A stretch of 64,000 bases of DNA from Alphaproteobacteria bacterium (GTDB lineage: Bacteria; Pseudomonadota; Alphaproteobacteria; Bin95): positions 2,016,001 through 2,080,000 of the forward strand of contig OZ219787.1 of assembly GCA_964291285.2 (NCBI GenBank), given 5' to 3'. The notes under the pieces are model-generated. The model had not been told where the DNA came from. It saw only the letters and a program-made list of their open reading frames with translations, and searched no databases. This document shows, piece after piece, positions 1-8,270 of the stretch. Position 1 is the first letter of the stretch; each line of letters opens with the position of its first letter. A program made the position numbers and the translations under genes.

Positions 1-2
1 CG

Positions 3-686
3 GACCTCATCGGCGACCTCTCCGACCCGGAGAGCAGGTTCCGGTTCACCCTGCCGGATGCGGCGCGCTTCGGTGCCGCGATGGGCGCGCTCGGCGTCTC
101 CAACGACAGCGCCGTGGTGGTCTATAGCGGCGGGTCGCCGAACTGGGCGCCGCGGCTCTGGTGGATGCTCAGGGCCTTCGGCCACGACCGGGCGGCAGTG
201 CTGGACGGCGGCTGGGGCAAGTGGAAGGCCGAAGAGCGACCGACTGCCGCCGGGAACGAAACGGTTGCGCCCGCAGTCTTCGAGGCGGAACGCAGGCCCG
301 GTTATTTCGTCGGGCAGGGCGAGGTCGAGGCAGCGCTCGCCGATCCGGGCGCGGTGGTGCTGAACTCGTTGACGGCCGAGCAGCACGCTGGCGGCGCGCC
401 GCATTACGGGCGTCCGGGCCGGATTGCCGGGACGGTCAACGTGTCGAGCCGCGACCTCGTCGATCCGGCGACGGGCGCGATGCTGCCTATGTCCGCGGTC
501 CGGCAGAAGTTCGACGAGGCGGGCGCGCTCGAAGCCGAGCGCGTGGTGACCTATTGCGGCGGCGGCATCGCGGCAAGCCTCGGCGCGATGGCCCTGCACC
601 TGCTGGGGCAGGAGAATGTCGCCGTCTATGACGATTCCCTCCAGGCGTGGGCGCGCGACCCGTCGCTGCCGATGGAGACGGGATGA
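3..686 (+). CDS. Sulfurtransferase (tandem rhodanese, SseA/MST-like), 5' partial
   Basis: Frame is open to the window start (DLIGDLSDPESRFRFTLPD). Motifs: RLWWMLRAFGHDRAAVLDGG, GRIAG, active-site YCGGGIAA, VYDDSLQAW. Confidence 0.9.
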   Translation, partial: DLIGDLSDPESRFRFTLPDAARFGAAMGALGVSNDSAVVVYSGGSPNWAPRLWWMLRAFGHDRAAVLDGGWGKWKAEERPTAAGNETVAPAVFEAERRPGYFVGQGEVEAALADPGAVVLNSLTAEQHAGGAPHYGRPGRIAGTVNVSSRDLVDPATGAMLPMSAVRQKFDEAGALEAERVVTYCGGGIAASLGAMALHLLGQENVAVYDDSLQAWARDPSLPMETG

Positions 687-895
687 GCGCCAACCGCCAC
701 AGGACGGGCCGGCCGACCACGGCAAAGGCTGATATGGCGGCTTACGATGCATTGCCGCCGGGACTGCGGGCGGCGCTCAACGATGCCCCGGAAAACCTGT
801 CGGCGGAGGCGGTGCTGGTCGCGGTGGAAGAGGACGGCCTTGCCGAAACGGAAGCACTGGCCCTGCTTGCGGCGCGGGAGGAGGGGCGGGGATGA
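683..895 (+). CDS. Small hypothetical protein, DUF6525-like
   Basis: ATGA overlaps with both neighbours. MAAYDALPPGLRAAL resembles the DUF6525 core. Confidence 0.55.
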   Translation: MSANRHRTGRPTTAKADMAAYDALPPGLRAALNDAPENLSAEAVLVAVEEDGLAETEALALLAAREEGRG

Positions 896-1686
896 TGCGG
901 CATCTCCTTCTGGCGCTTGCTGCCGCGTCTGTCGTCTGGACGATGCGCCCGGCGCTCGCGCAGGAGGCGGGGGAGCGTTTCCGCGACTGCCCGGAATGCC
1001 CGGAGATGGTCGTGCTGCCGGAAGGCAGCTTCATCATGGGCTCGCCGGCATGGGAGGGCGCGCACCGCGAACATGAAACGCCCGCGCGCCGGATCGGGAT
1101 CGGGCGGCGCATCGCGGTCGGCGTTGGCGAGGTGACCTATGAGGAATGGGATGCCTGCCTCGCCGGCGGCGGCTGCGGCGGCTACAGCCCCTCCGCGCCC
1201 TGGGGCCGGGGCCGGCAGCCCGTCGTCCATGTGTCGTGGCTCGATGCGAAGGCTTATGTCGAATGGCTGGCGCGCCGGACGGGCCGGGACTACCGCCTGC
1301 CGACGGAAGCGGAGTGGGAGTATGCCGCCCGCGCCGGCACGGCGGGGCCGTATCACACCGGCAACCGGCTCGACCCGGACCGGGCGAATTACGGCGGCGG
1401 CGGGACGAAGCCCGCCGGGACCTATCCGCCCAACGCCTTCGGCCTCCACGACATGCTCGGCAATGTGTGGGAGTGGGTCGAGGACTGCTGGAACCCGAGC
1501 CATGCCGGCGCGCCGGCGGACGGGAGCGCGCGGCTTTCGGGCGACTGCAACTGGCGGGTGCTGCGCGGCGGCTCTTGGCTGAACGGTCCCGAATCGCTGC
1601 GCTCCGCCACCCGCTTCAGGACGAGTTCGGAAGAGCGCGCCTATTACATCAACGGTTTCCGCGTCGCGCTTACGCTCGTTCCATAA
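892..1686 (+). CDS. Formylglycine-generating enzyme (FGE/SUMF1) family protein with signal peptide
   Basis: FRDCPECPEMVVLP, RLPTEAEWEYAARAG, NAFGLHDMLGNVWEWVEDCW, RVLRGGSW, GFRVA. Confidence 0.93.
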   Translation: MMRHLLLALAAASVVWTMRPALAQEAGERFRDCPECPEMVVLPEGSFIMGSPAWEGAHREHETPARRIGIGRRIAVGVGEVTYEEWDACLAGGGCGGYSPSAPWGRGRQPVVHVSWLDAKAYVEWLARRTGRDYRLPTEAEWEYAARAGTAGPYHTGNRLDPDRANYGGGGTKPAGTYPPNAFGLHDMLGNVWEWVEDCWNPSHAGAPADGSARLSGDCNWRVLRGGSWLNGPESLRSATRFRTSSEERAYYINGFRVALTLVP

Positions 1687-1817
1687 GCTGTCTCCGCCTG
1701 CATCCCGTCTGTCGCTTCTTCGTCCCGTTTCGTTCCCTCCGTCCCGGTTTACGTCCGGTATGCCTGCGGAGCCCTCCGCCAATGCCGGGGGACGGCCGGG
1801 GGCCCACTCCAATGGAA

Positions 1818-1844
1818 TGTCATGAAGTGTCATGTTTTGTCATG
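1818..1844. repeat. Three TGTCATG heptamers at exact 10-bp spacing (array A)
   Basis: tgtcatg-aag-tgtcatg-ttt-tgtcatg starting at 1818, 1828 and 1838. Confidence 0.9.
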
Positions 1845-2524
1845 CGGCCGGTCTCTGCCCCGGTCGTTTGCGCCGGGCCGAGGGTCGTTCGCAAGGCATC
1901 GCAGCCTCCTTGCCGGTCCGTGGTCCCGGACGCTTCGTTGCCGGAGGCGCGTCCCCCGCCCGCGCATAATGCGCGCCCGGCTGCGCGCGCGTCCGCGTCC
2001 GCGGGGTGGCGGGCAGGACCCCTGCCGGAGTGTCGCGGCATGTCATGATATGTCATGTTTTCGTCATGGAGGCCCGCCGCGGCGTCCTGCTCCTCCCCGC
2101 CGCCGTCTCCGCCTCCGCCGGCCTGTGCGGCCAAGGCCTGTTTCTCCCTCTTCTTCCTCCTCTTCTCCTTCTTCCTCCTCTTCCTCTCGCGCGCTTCGCG
2201 GCGGTCCTGCCGTTGGACCCAGGCGTAGAACTCGGGCGTGTCCCGCCTGCCTGTCCAGACCGCGCCGAGGTAATGGACCTCTTCCTGTTCGGGTTCCGGT
2301 TCGGGCAGGTGCCCGGCGCTCCAGTCGAGCAGGGCGAGGAGCTGTCTGAGATGGGCGAGCCCGGCGCGTGCGGCGCGGTGGTAATCGGCGCGGGCGCGGT
2401 CGTCCTCCGGCGGCGGTCCGGCGTCGATGTCCCCGGCATAGGCAGCAGCGAGGGCTTCGGCGGCCGGGGCAAGCCGCTCCAGCAGCGCCGCCGCCAGTCG
2501 GGGTCGGGGGTCGGTTTCGGTCAT
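1820..2524 (-). CDS. Hypothetical protein. N-terminus resembles small helical ORFs found before large terminases in Rhodospirillales GTA-like clusters; has a basic low-complexity tract
   Basis: RBS GGAAGGAGG at 2530-2538. Sequence MTETDPRPRLAAALLERLAPAAEALAAAY...PPEDDRARADYHRAARAGLAHLRQLLALLDW, then RERKRRKKEKRRKKREK. The 3' end is uncertain. Confidence 0.55.
   Translation of the reverse strand: MTETDPRPRLAAALLERLAPAAEALAAAYAGDIDAGPPPEDDRARADYHRAARAGLAHLRQLLALLDWSAGHLPEPEPEQEEVHYLGAVWTGRRDTPEFYAWVQRQDRREARERKRRKKEKRRKKREKQALAAQAGGGGDGGGEEQDAAAGLHDENMTYHDMPRHSGRGPARHPADADARAAGRALCAGGGRASGNEASGTTDRQGGCDALRTTLGPAQTTGAETGRMTKHDTS
2041..2068. repeat. TGTCATG heptamer array B
   Basis: tgtcatg-ata-tgtcatg-tttt-cgtcatg, with a degenerate tgtcgcg at 2031. 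Confidence 0.85.
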
Positions 2525-2570
2525 CCGTGCCTCCTTCCAGGCCAAGGGCGGGACGGGGTGTCCCTGTTTC

Positions 2571-2755
2571 GCGCGTAATGCGCGGGGGTGTGCGCGGGCG
2601 GGCGGGCGTATCGCGGCGGCGCGGCTCGCGCGCCTGATTGCGCGCGCGAGCCGCAGGGCGCACCTCTCCTGTCCGCTCTCGCCGGGGGTTTTGCGGCCCC
2701 CAGCCATGCTTCCCTGCGCAGAAAAGCGGAAAGGCGGCCCCGGGAGCCGCCTTTC
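2571..2755 (-). other. Conserved structured leader, copy 1 (homologous to 50019-50194)
   Basis: Perfect 13-bp stem 2621-2633/2642-2654 with loop CTGATTGC. Motif gcagggcgcacctctcctgtccgct. Hairpin gaaaggcggc..gccgcctttc at 2729-2755. Confidence 0.75.
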
Positions 2756-3071
2756 TCTCATGCCTATTCTACACCATTTCGCTGAAAGTCAAGCTGATGA
2801 GGGAACAAAAGATGGAAATATCGGGTGATTTTCTTACAACCCGTTGAACAGGCGGGATAATGTCGGTGTTGCCGGATTGCGATCCATGAGGAACAGTGCT
2901 CCACCGTCGCCCCGGCCGCCGCCGTTGCAGAGCGGGCGCGACCGTCGGGGCCGGCGTAACGGCCGCGCTGGACCCCGGCTCTCCGCCGGCGCTCCGGCCG
3001 GGGCGACAAAAAAGAGTGCAAGGGCAAGGAAAGGCGGCGGCGCCGTCGGTTCCGATCGATGACCGCGGGTA

Positions 3072-3539
3072 TCAGTCCCAGAAGCGCTCGCGCTCGGCCC
3101 GGTCCCGGTAGGCGCGGGCGTGGCGGGCGGCGATGCGGGCGGTGCGTTCGGGCGCGAAATCGAGCTGGCCGAGCGCGACGGCGATGTCGAGCAGCTCGTC
3201 ATAGCGCGCGATCAGCCCGTCCCGGAGGCGGAAGCGCGACATGCCCTCGACGACCACCCGGCGCCCGGCGGCGCCCTCCAGCAGCGAGCGGTAGCCGAAC
3301 AGCCAGGACGCATAGCCGGTATCGCCCGCCTCGCAGACATCCCGGAACCGCCAGCGGAAGCCCTCCGCATCGCGCCAGAAACGGTTCTCCAGCATGTCCG
3401 CAATGGCCTCCCGGCCCTCGAACTCGCCGTAGAAGGTGTCGTGGTAAATGCCGTCCTCGGTAAAGCAGGCGGCCAGCGCCCGCCCGTCGCCCGCCTCCAC
3501 GGCGGCCGCGAAGCCGGGCAACAGGGTGTCCAAGGCCAT
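3072..3539 (-). CDS. NTF2/SnoaL-like domain protein
   Basis: LAACFTEDGIYHDTFYGEFEGREAI...GMSRFRLRDGLIARYDE. Confidence 0.88.
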   Translation of the reverse strand: MALDTLLPGFAAAVEAGDGRALAACFTEDGIYHDTFYGEFEGREAIADMLENRFWRDAEGFRWRFRDVCEAGDTGYASWLFGYRSLLEGAAGRRVVVEGMSRFRLRDGLIARYDELLDIAVALGQLDFAPERTARIAARHARAYRDRAERERFWD

Positions 3540-3579
3540 CGCAACTTTCCTTTCCGCGCGGGCTCCGTTCGCCAGGTCC

Positions 3580-5097
3580 CTACATCACCGCGCCGACCTG
3601 CCAGGGGATGAACTCGGCCGCGCCGAGGCCCTGGGCTTCGGACTTGGTGGCTTCGCCGGAGGCGACGGCGAGGAACTTGTCGAAGATCTCGCTGCCGACC
3701 TCCTGGACGCTGGCCGCGCCGTCGGCGATGGCGCCGCAATTGATGTCCATGTCTTCTTCGAGGCGGCGGTACATCTCGGTGTTGGTGGCGAGCTTGATCG
3801 AGGGCACCGGCTTGTTGCCATAGACGGAGCCGCGCCCGGTGGTGAAGCAGACAAGGTTCGCCCCGGACGCCACCTGCCCGGTAATGGAACAGGGGTCGTA
3901 GCCGGGGCTGTCCATGAACACGAAGCCCTTGCGGTCGATGGGCTCGCCGTAGCGGTAAACCCCGGCGAGATTGGTGGTGCCGCCCTTGGCCGCTGCGCCG
4001 AGCGACTTCTCCAGGATGGTCGTGAGCCCGCCCGCCTTGTTGCCGGGGGAGGGGTTGTTGTTCATCTCGCCGCCATTGCGCGCCGTATAGTCCTCCCACC
4101 AGCGGATGCGCTCGATGAGCTTCCGGCCGGTGCGCTCGTCCACGGCGCGGCGGGTGAGCAGGTGCTCCGCGCCGTAGATTTCCGGCGTCTCGGCCAGCAC
4201 GCCGGTGCCGCCGTGGCGGACCAGATTGTCCACGGCCGCGCCCAGCGCCGGGTTCGCAGTGATGCCGGAATAGCCGTCTGAGCCGCCGCATTGCAGCGCG
4301 ACGGTGAGTTCGGACGCCGCGACCGGCCGGCGCCGCGCGCGGTCCGCGTCCGGCAGCATCTCGCGGATGAGGTCGCGGCCCCGCTCCACGGTGCGCCGGA
4401 GGCCGCCGGTCTCCTGGATGTTCATGGTGCTGAGGAAGGGGCCGCGCTCGAGGCCGTAGGCTTCCAGCAGGAAATCGATCTGGTTGACCTCGCAGCCGAG
4501 CCCGACCAGCACGATGCCTGCGAAATTCGGGTGGCGCGCATGGCCCCAGAGCACGCGCTGGAGGTTTTCATAGCCGTCTCCCGCCCCGGCCATGCCGCAG
4601 CCGGTGGAATGGGTGAGCGCCACGACGCCGTCCACATGCGGATAATCGGCCAGGACCCGGTCTTCGACCGCCTCGGCGATGAAGCGCGCGGCGGTGGCGG
4701 AGCAGTTCACGCTGGTCAGAACGCCGATATAGTTCCTTGTGCCGACCCGGCCGTTGTCCCGCAGATAGCCTTGGAAGCTCGCCCGCTCGCCTTCCGGCAC
4801 GAAATCGACCGGCTTCGTCTCCTGCCCGATGGCGTAGTCGCGCTCGAAATCGCCCATGGCGCAGTTGTGGACATGGACATGCGCGCCGGCCTCCACCGGC
4901 TCGCTCGCAAAGCCGATGATCTGGTCGTATTTGCGCACCGGCTCGCCCGCCGCAATCGGGCGCGTGGCGATCTTGTGGCCGGCCGGCACGACGTCCAGCG
5001 CGGTGACGCCCTCGCCGGGAAGCTCCGTTCCGGAGAGGATATCGATGCGCGCGACGACCACATTGTCTTTGGGCGCAAGACGGATGGAGAGGGTCAT
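3580..5097 (-). CDS. UxaA/GarD family dehydratase (SAF plus GD/AH C-terminal domain)
   Basis: PAGHKIA, GTRNYIGVLTSVNCSA, LQCGGSDGYSGITANPALG, NNPSPGNKAGGLTTILEKSLG, FTTGRGS. Confidence 0.93.
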   Translation of the reverse strand: MTLSIRLAPKDNVVVARIDILSGTELPGEGVTALDVVPAGHKIATRPIAAGEPVRKYDQIIGFASEPVEAGAHVHVHNCAMGDFERDYAIGQETKPVDFVPEGERASFQGYLRDNGRVGTRNYIGVLTSVNCSATAARFIAEAVEDRVLADYPHVDGVVALTHSTGCGMAGAGDGYENLQRVLWGHARHPNFAGIVLVGLGCEVNQIDFLLEAYGLERGPFLSTMNIQETGGLRRTVERGRDLIREMLPDADRARRRPVAASELTVALQCGGSDGYSGITANPALGAAVDNLVRHGGTGVLAETPEIYGAEHLLTRRAVDERTGRKLIERIRWWEDYTARNGGEMNNNPSPGNKAGGLTTILEKSLGAAAKGGTTNLAGVYRYGEPIDRKGFVFMDSPGYDPCSITGQVASGANLVCFTTGRGSVYGNKPVPSIKLATNTEMYRRLEEDMDINCGAIADGAASVQEVGSEIFDKFLAVASGEATKSEAQGLGAAEFIPWQVGAVM

Positions 5098-5112
5098 GGG
5101 CGGAAGTGCCTC

Positions 5113-6444
5113 CTAAGCGGCGAGAAGGTTGTGGAGTTCGCCGGCGCGGCCGGGCGTGTCGAAGTCCCAGGCGAGCGCGCTCAGCGCCGCCGCCGCATCG
5201 CCCAGCGCCGGTTCGGCGAACGAGCGGAATTTGGCCTCCAGGTCGGTGCGGGAGAGCGGGTTGCCCGGATTGCCGCGCGCCATGGCCGTTTCGCGCCGGT
5301 CGGTGGCGCCGTCGAACCACTGGACCTCCAGCGCCGCCGAGCGCGTGTCCCGGCCGGGCTCGGCTACCGGCTCGACGCGGGCGAGCACCGAGCGCAGGTC
5401 CGGTTCGGCGAGCGTCCCGGCGGTGAAGTCGCCTTCCACCGCCGCCCGCCCGGCAAGGCCAAGCGCCGTGCAGAAGGCGAGGCTGAACTTGCCTTCGAGC
5501 GGGGTTTGCGGGTCCGCCTTGCCGGCGAGGCGGATCGCGGCGGGATTGACGCGCAGTTCGATGCGCCGGGCCTCGCGGCCGGCCGCGTCGGCCGCGAGCG
5601 ACCGCGCGGCGTCGATGGCCGGGTGGGTCAGCAGGCAGGCGGCATAGGGCTTGACCGTGTTGCGCAGCAACTCCCAGCCGTCATCGAAATCCACTTCGCC
5701 GATGGCCGCCGCGCCGTCCTGCACCAGCGCGCTGCCGAGCCCGCCTTCGGCTTCCAGCAGGGCCTCGGACGCCTCGAAGCCGGCGGCCGCGAGCTCCGCC
5801 GCCAGCACGCCGTTCATCGCCGCCTTGCCGGCGTGGAAGGGCTTGGCGTGGGTGCCGAAGGAGCCGGTCAGGCCGCCGGCCTGGGTGGCGGCGGCGCCGA
5901 GCGCGCGGGCGATGCCGTCCTCGTCGAGCCGCAGCAGCACGGCCGCGGCGACCGCCGCGCCGAGCGCGCCGAAAATGCCGGTGGAATGCCAGCCGCGCAG
6001 GTTGGCGACCCCGCCGATGCCGTTGCCGAGGCGCGCGCCCGCTTCGAACCCGGCGATGAAGGCGGCCGTCATCTCCCGGCCCTCGGCCCCGGTCTGCTGC
6101 CCCACGGCCAGCGCAGCGGACCAGACGGGCGCGGAAAGATGCGCGGTCGCGCCGACATGGGTGTCGTCATAGTCGAGGCAGTGGGCGAAGGTGCCGTTCA
6201 CGAGCGCCGCCCCGGCCGCGCAGGTCGTGCCGCCGAGCGCGATGCGCGCCCTGCCGTCGGCCCGCCAGCCCTCGACGACGCGGCGCACCGCCCGGCCCGC
6301 CGGCTCGCCGAGCGCGCCGAGCGTCACGCCCAGCGTGTCCAGCAGGCAGGCCCTGGCCGCTTCCATGACCTCGGGCGGCCAGTTTCGGCCGGGGGCCGCC
6401 GCCGCCCAGGACGCCACGCGCCGGATCGTTTCGTTTTCGCTCAT
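5113..6444 (-). CDS. MmgE/PrpD family protein
   Basis: AALVNGTFAHCLDYDDTH, GWHSTG, KPFHAG, KPYAACLLTHPAIDA, KFSL. Confidence 0.93.
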   Translation of the reverse strand: MSENETIRRVASWAAAAPGRNWPPEVMEAARACLLDTLGVTLGALGEPAGRAVRRVVEGWRADGRARIALGGTTCAAGAALVNGTFAHCLDYDDTHVGATAHLSAPVWSAALAVGQQTGAEGREMTAAFIAGFEAGARLGNGIGGVANLRGWHSTGIFGALGAAVAAAVLLRLDEDGIARALGAAATQAGGLTGSFGTHAKPFHAGKAAMNGVLAAELAAAGFEASEALLEAEGGLGSALVQDGAAAIGEVDFDDGWELLRNTVKPYAACLLTHPAIDAARSLAADAAGREARRIELRVNPAAIRLAGKADPQTPLEGKFSLAFCTALGLAGRAAVEGDFTAGTLAEPDLRSVLARVEPVAEPGRDTRSAALEVQWFDGATDRRETAMARGNPGNPLSRTDLEAKFRSFAEPALGDAAAALSALAWDFDTPGRAGELHNLLAA

Positions 6445-6484
6445 CTTCCTGTCCACCCTTCCTTGGCACCCCGGTGCGCGCCCG

Positions 6485-6964
6485 TCACGGCCCGCCGCAG
6501 GCGCCCCAGACCTCGCCGCTCTTCAGCCAGCCCTTGTGGCCTTCCTTCGAAACTCTGCACCAGCCCTCGCGGCGTTCGAGCACCGTGACCACCACGCCCG
6601 GCTCCAGCACGGCCACGCCGCGGGCGCCCGTTTCCGGCGACCGCCTGAGCAGCCGGTTGGCGGTCGTCACGATGGCGCGGGGCCAGTCCGCCAGCAGATG
6701 CGCGCTCATCCAGCCCGTCTCGCCTTTGGGGTCCTCGACCTTCCGCCAGTCGAAATGCTCCTTGACGATTCGCACCGGCAGGCCCCGCTCCTCGTAACGC
6801 CAGAGCACGGGATAGTTCGTGCTCGGCCCGACGCGGAGATTGGCCTCGGTGGCGCGGATTGCCGCATATCGCGGCAGCGGCAGGCCGGTGAGCCGTTCGC
6901 CGGCCGCGGCCGCGGCGCTGCAGAAGCACAGGGCCGCGATGACGCTGCTTCGCAATGCCGTCAT
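6485..6964 (-). CDS. Tandem bacterial SH3 domain protein with signal peptide
   Basis: TGLPLPRY, NLRVGPSTNYPVLW, GLPVRIVKEHFDWRKVEDPKGETGWM. ATGA overlap with the MFS stop. Confidence 0.88.
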   Translation of the reverse strand: MTALRSSVIAALCFCSAAAAAGERLTGLPLPRYAAIRATEANLRVGPSTNYPVLWRYEERGLPVRIVKEHFDWRKVEDPKGETGWMSAHLLADWPRAIVTTANRLLRRSPETGARGVAVLEPGVVVTVLERREGWCRVSKEGHKGWLKSGEVWGACGGP

Positions 6965-8172
6965 CGCCTCGCCTCGGGCCAGACGACGAGCGCCAGCGCC
7001 AGAACGACCAGCCCCTCGACGGCGACGACGGTGACGGCCGTGTAGGCGCCCAGCCATTCCGCAAGCAGGCCCATATGCAGGAAGCCGATCGGCCCCGTGC
7101 CGATGCAGATGGTCAGCGCGCCCATGGCGCGGTTGCGCATTTCCGGGCTCGCGCCGAGATAGGTCAGGGTCGCTTGCATGGTCGCGAAACAGGCGCCTCC
7201 GATGCCGGCCGCGACCAGAATTGTGCCAGAAAGCAGGAACCAGGGCGAGGCCGCGAACACGATGGCGGACAGCATGTAGGACGCGACGCCGAAGACATAG
7301 ATGCGCCGGAACCAGACGGCGCGGCCGAACCAGGCGATGCCGAGCGCGCCGAGCAGGGCCCCCAGGCCCTCGGCGCTCTGCAGCACGCCCACCGGGAATG
7401 CGGTGAGGCCGAGCGCTTCCTTCCCGATCACCGGCACCATCGAGGTCATCGGGAAGCCCCAGATATTGTAGATGACGGTGACGGCCAGCGTGGCGACCAG
7501 CGGGCGGTTGGTGCGGATGTAGCGGAAGCCGTCGCGAAGCGCGGTCAGCACGCCGGCGGGCGCCGCCCCCGTCCGGACGTCCGTCCCGACACGGACGCGC
7601 GCCATCAGCAGCAGCGAGAGCAGATTGAGGGCCGCGCCGGCGAAGAACGCCCCGGAGATGCCGATGCCCTCCAGCAGTGCGCCGCCGGCAACGGGCCCGA
7701 GCATCCGGGTCGCATTGTTGGTGGCGGTGTCGAACCCCATTGCCTGGGCCACCTGCCCGTCGCCGGCGATGTCGCCCAGCATGGTGCGCCGGAGCGGCAT
7801 TTCGCCGGACCAGATCATGCCGTTGAGGAACGCGCCCGCCGCGACATGCCAGACCTCCAGCGCGCCGAGCGCGGCCAGGGCGCCCAGCAGCACCGAGTTC
7901 GCGACCAGCACGCAGAGGCCCGCGATCACCAGGACCCGGCGGTCGAACCGCTCGGCCAGCGAGCCGGCGAGCGCGCCGAACAGCATGAGCGGCAGGAACC
8001 GCAGCACGAACATCAGCGTCACGTCGAATGCCGAACCGGTGCGGTCGAACACCCACACGCCGACCGCCAGGATTTCCAGCCAGCGGTTCACATTGGAGAG
8101 CGCGCCCGAAACCCAGACGCGCCGGAACGCGACATTGCCGATAAGTGCGAAGGGACTTATTGTGCCGGTCAT
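6961..8172 (-). CDS. MFS transporter (MFS_3/H+ antiporter-like)
   Basis: About 12 hydrophobic segments and GSLAERFDRR motif A. Confidence 0.9.
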   Translation of the reverse strand: MTGTISPFALIGNVAFRRVWVSGALSNVNRWLEILAVGVWVFDRTGSAFDVTLMFVLRFLPLMLFGALAGSLAERFDRRVLVIAGLCVLVANSVLLGALAALGALEVWHVAAGAFLNGMIWSGEMPLRRTMLGDIAGDGQVAQAMGFDTATNNATRMLGPVAGGALLEGIGISGAFFAGAALNLLSLLLMARVRVGTDVRTGAAPAGVLTALRDGFRYIRTNRPLVATLAVTVIYNIWGFPMTSMVPVIGKEALGLTAFPVGVLQSAEGLGALLGALGIAWFGRAVWFRRIYVFGVASYMLSAIVFAASPWFLLSGTILVAAGIGGACFATMQATLTYLGASPEMRNRAMGALTICIGTGPIGFLHMGLLAEWLGAYTAVTVVAVEGLVVLALALVVWPEARR

Positions 8173-8270
8173 AGGATATGCAAACCCCACCCGCGTTCCG
8201 GGCGCAATCCCGAAAGCCGGCCCGGCCGCCGGATTGCGGGCGCTCCCTGCCCGTATCGGGAAAGGCCGAT

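Noticed and set aside
892-1686. FGE/C-type-lectin-fold gene as a diversity-generating retroelement target
   Set aside because: I found no template repeat of its 3' end and no reverse transcriptase in the window.
1818-1844. TGTCATG arrays as Pho boxes
   Set aside because: Pho boxes repeat at 11 bp in promoters. These repeat at 10 bp and lie at ORF 3' ends.
1818-2068. CRISPR array
   Set aside because: Only two repeat units, separated by about 200 bp, with no regular spacers and no cas genes.
2766-2792. Sigma70 promoter TTGACT..TAGAAT on the minus strand
   Set aside because: The spacer is only 15 bp. Kept as a promoter-like zone but not called as a feature.
2803-2818. LexA box upstream of cassette 1 (gaac-aaaagat-ggaa) and a similar tract at about 50232-50249
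   Set aside because: At most one half-site matches GAAC-N7-GAAC. Too degenerate to call.
4291-6588. Long antisense or alternate-frame ORFs (also 8169-10469, 31594-34383, 39379-41544, 42415-44382, 59444-61315)
   Set aside because: Shadow ORFs of real genes in high-GC DNA. They are Arg/Ala/Gly-rich with no recognisable motifs.
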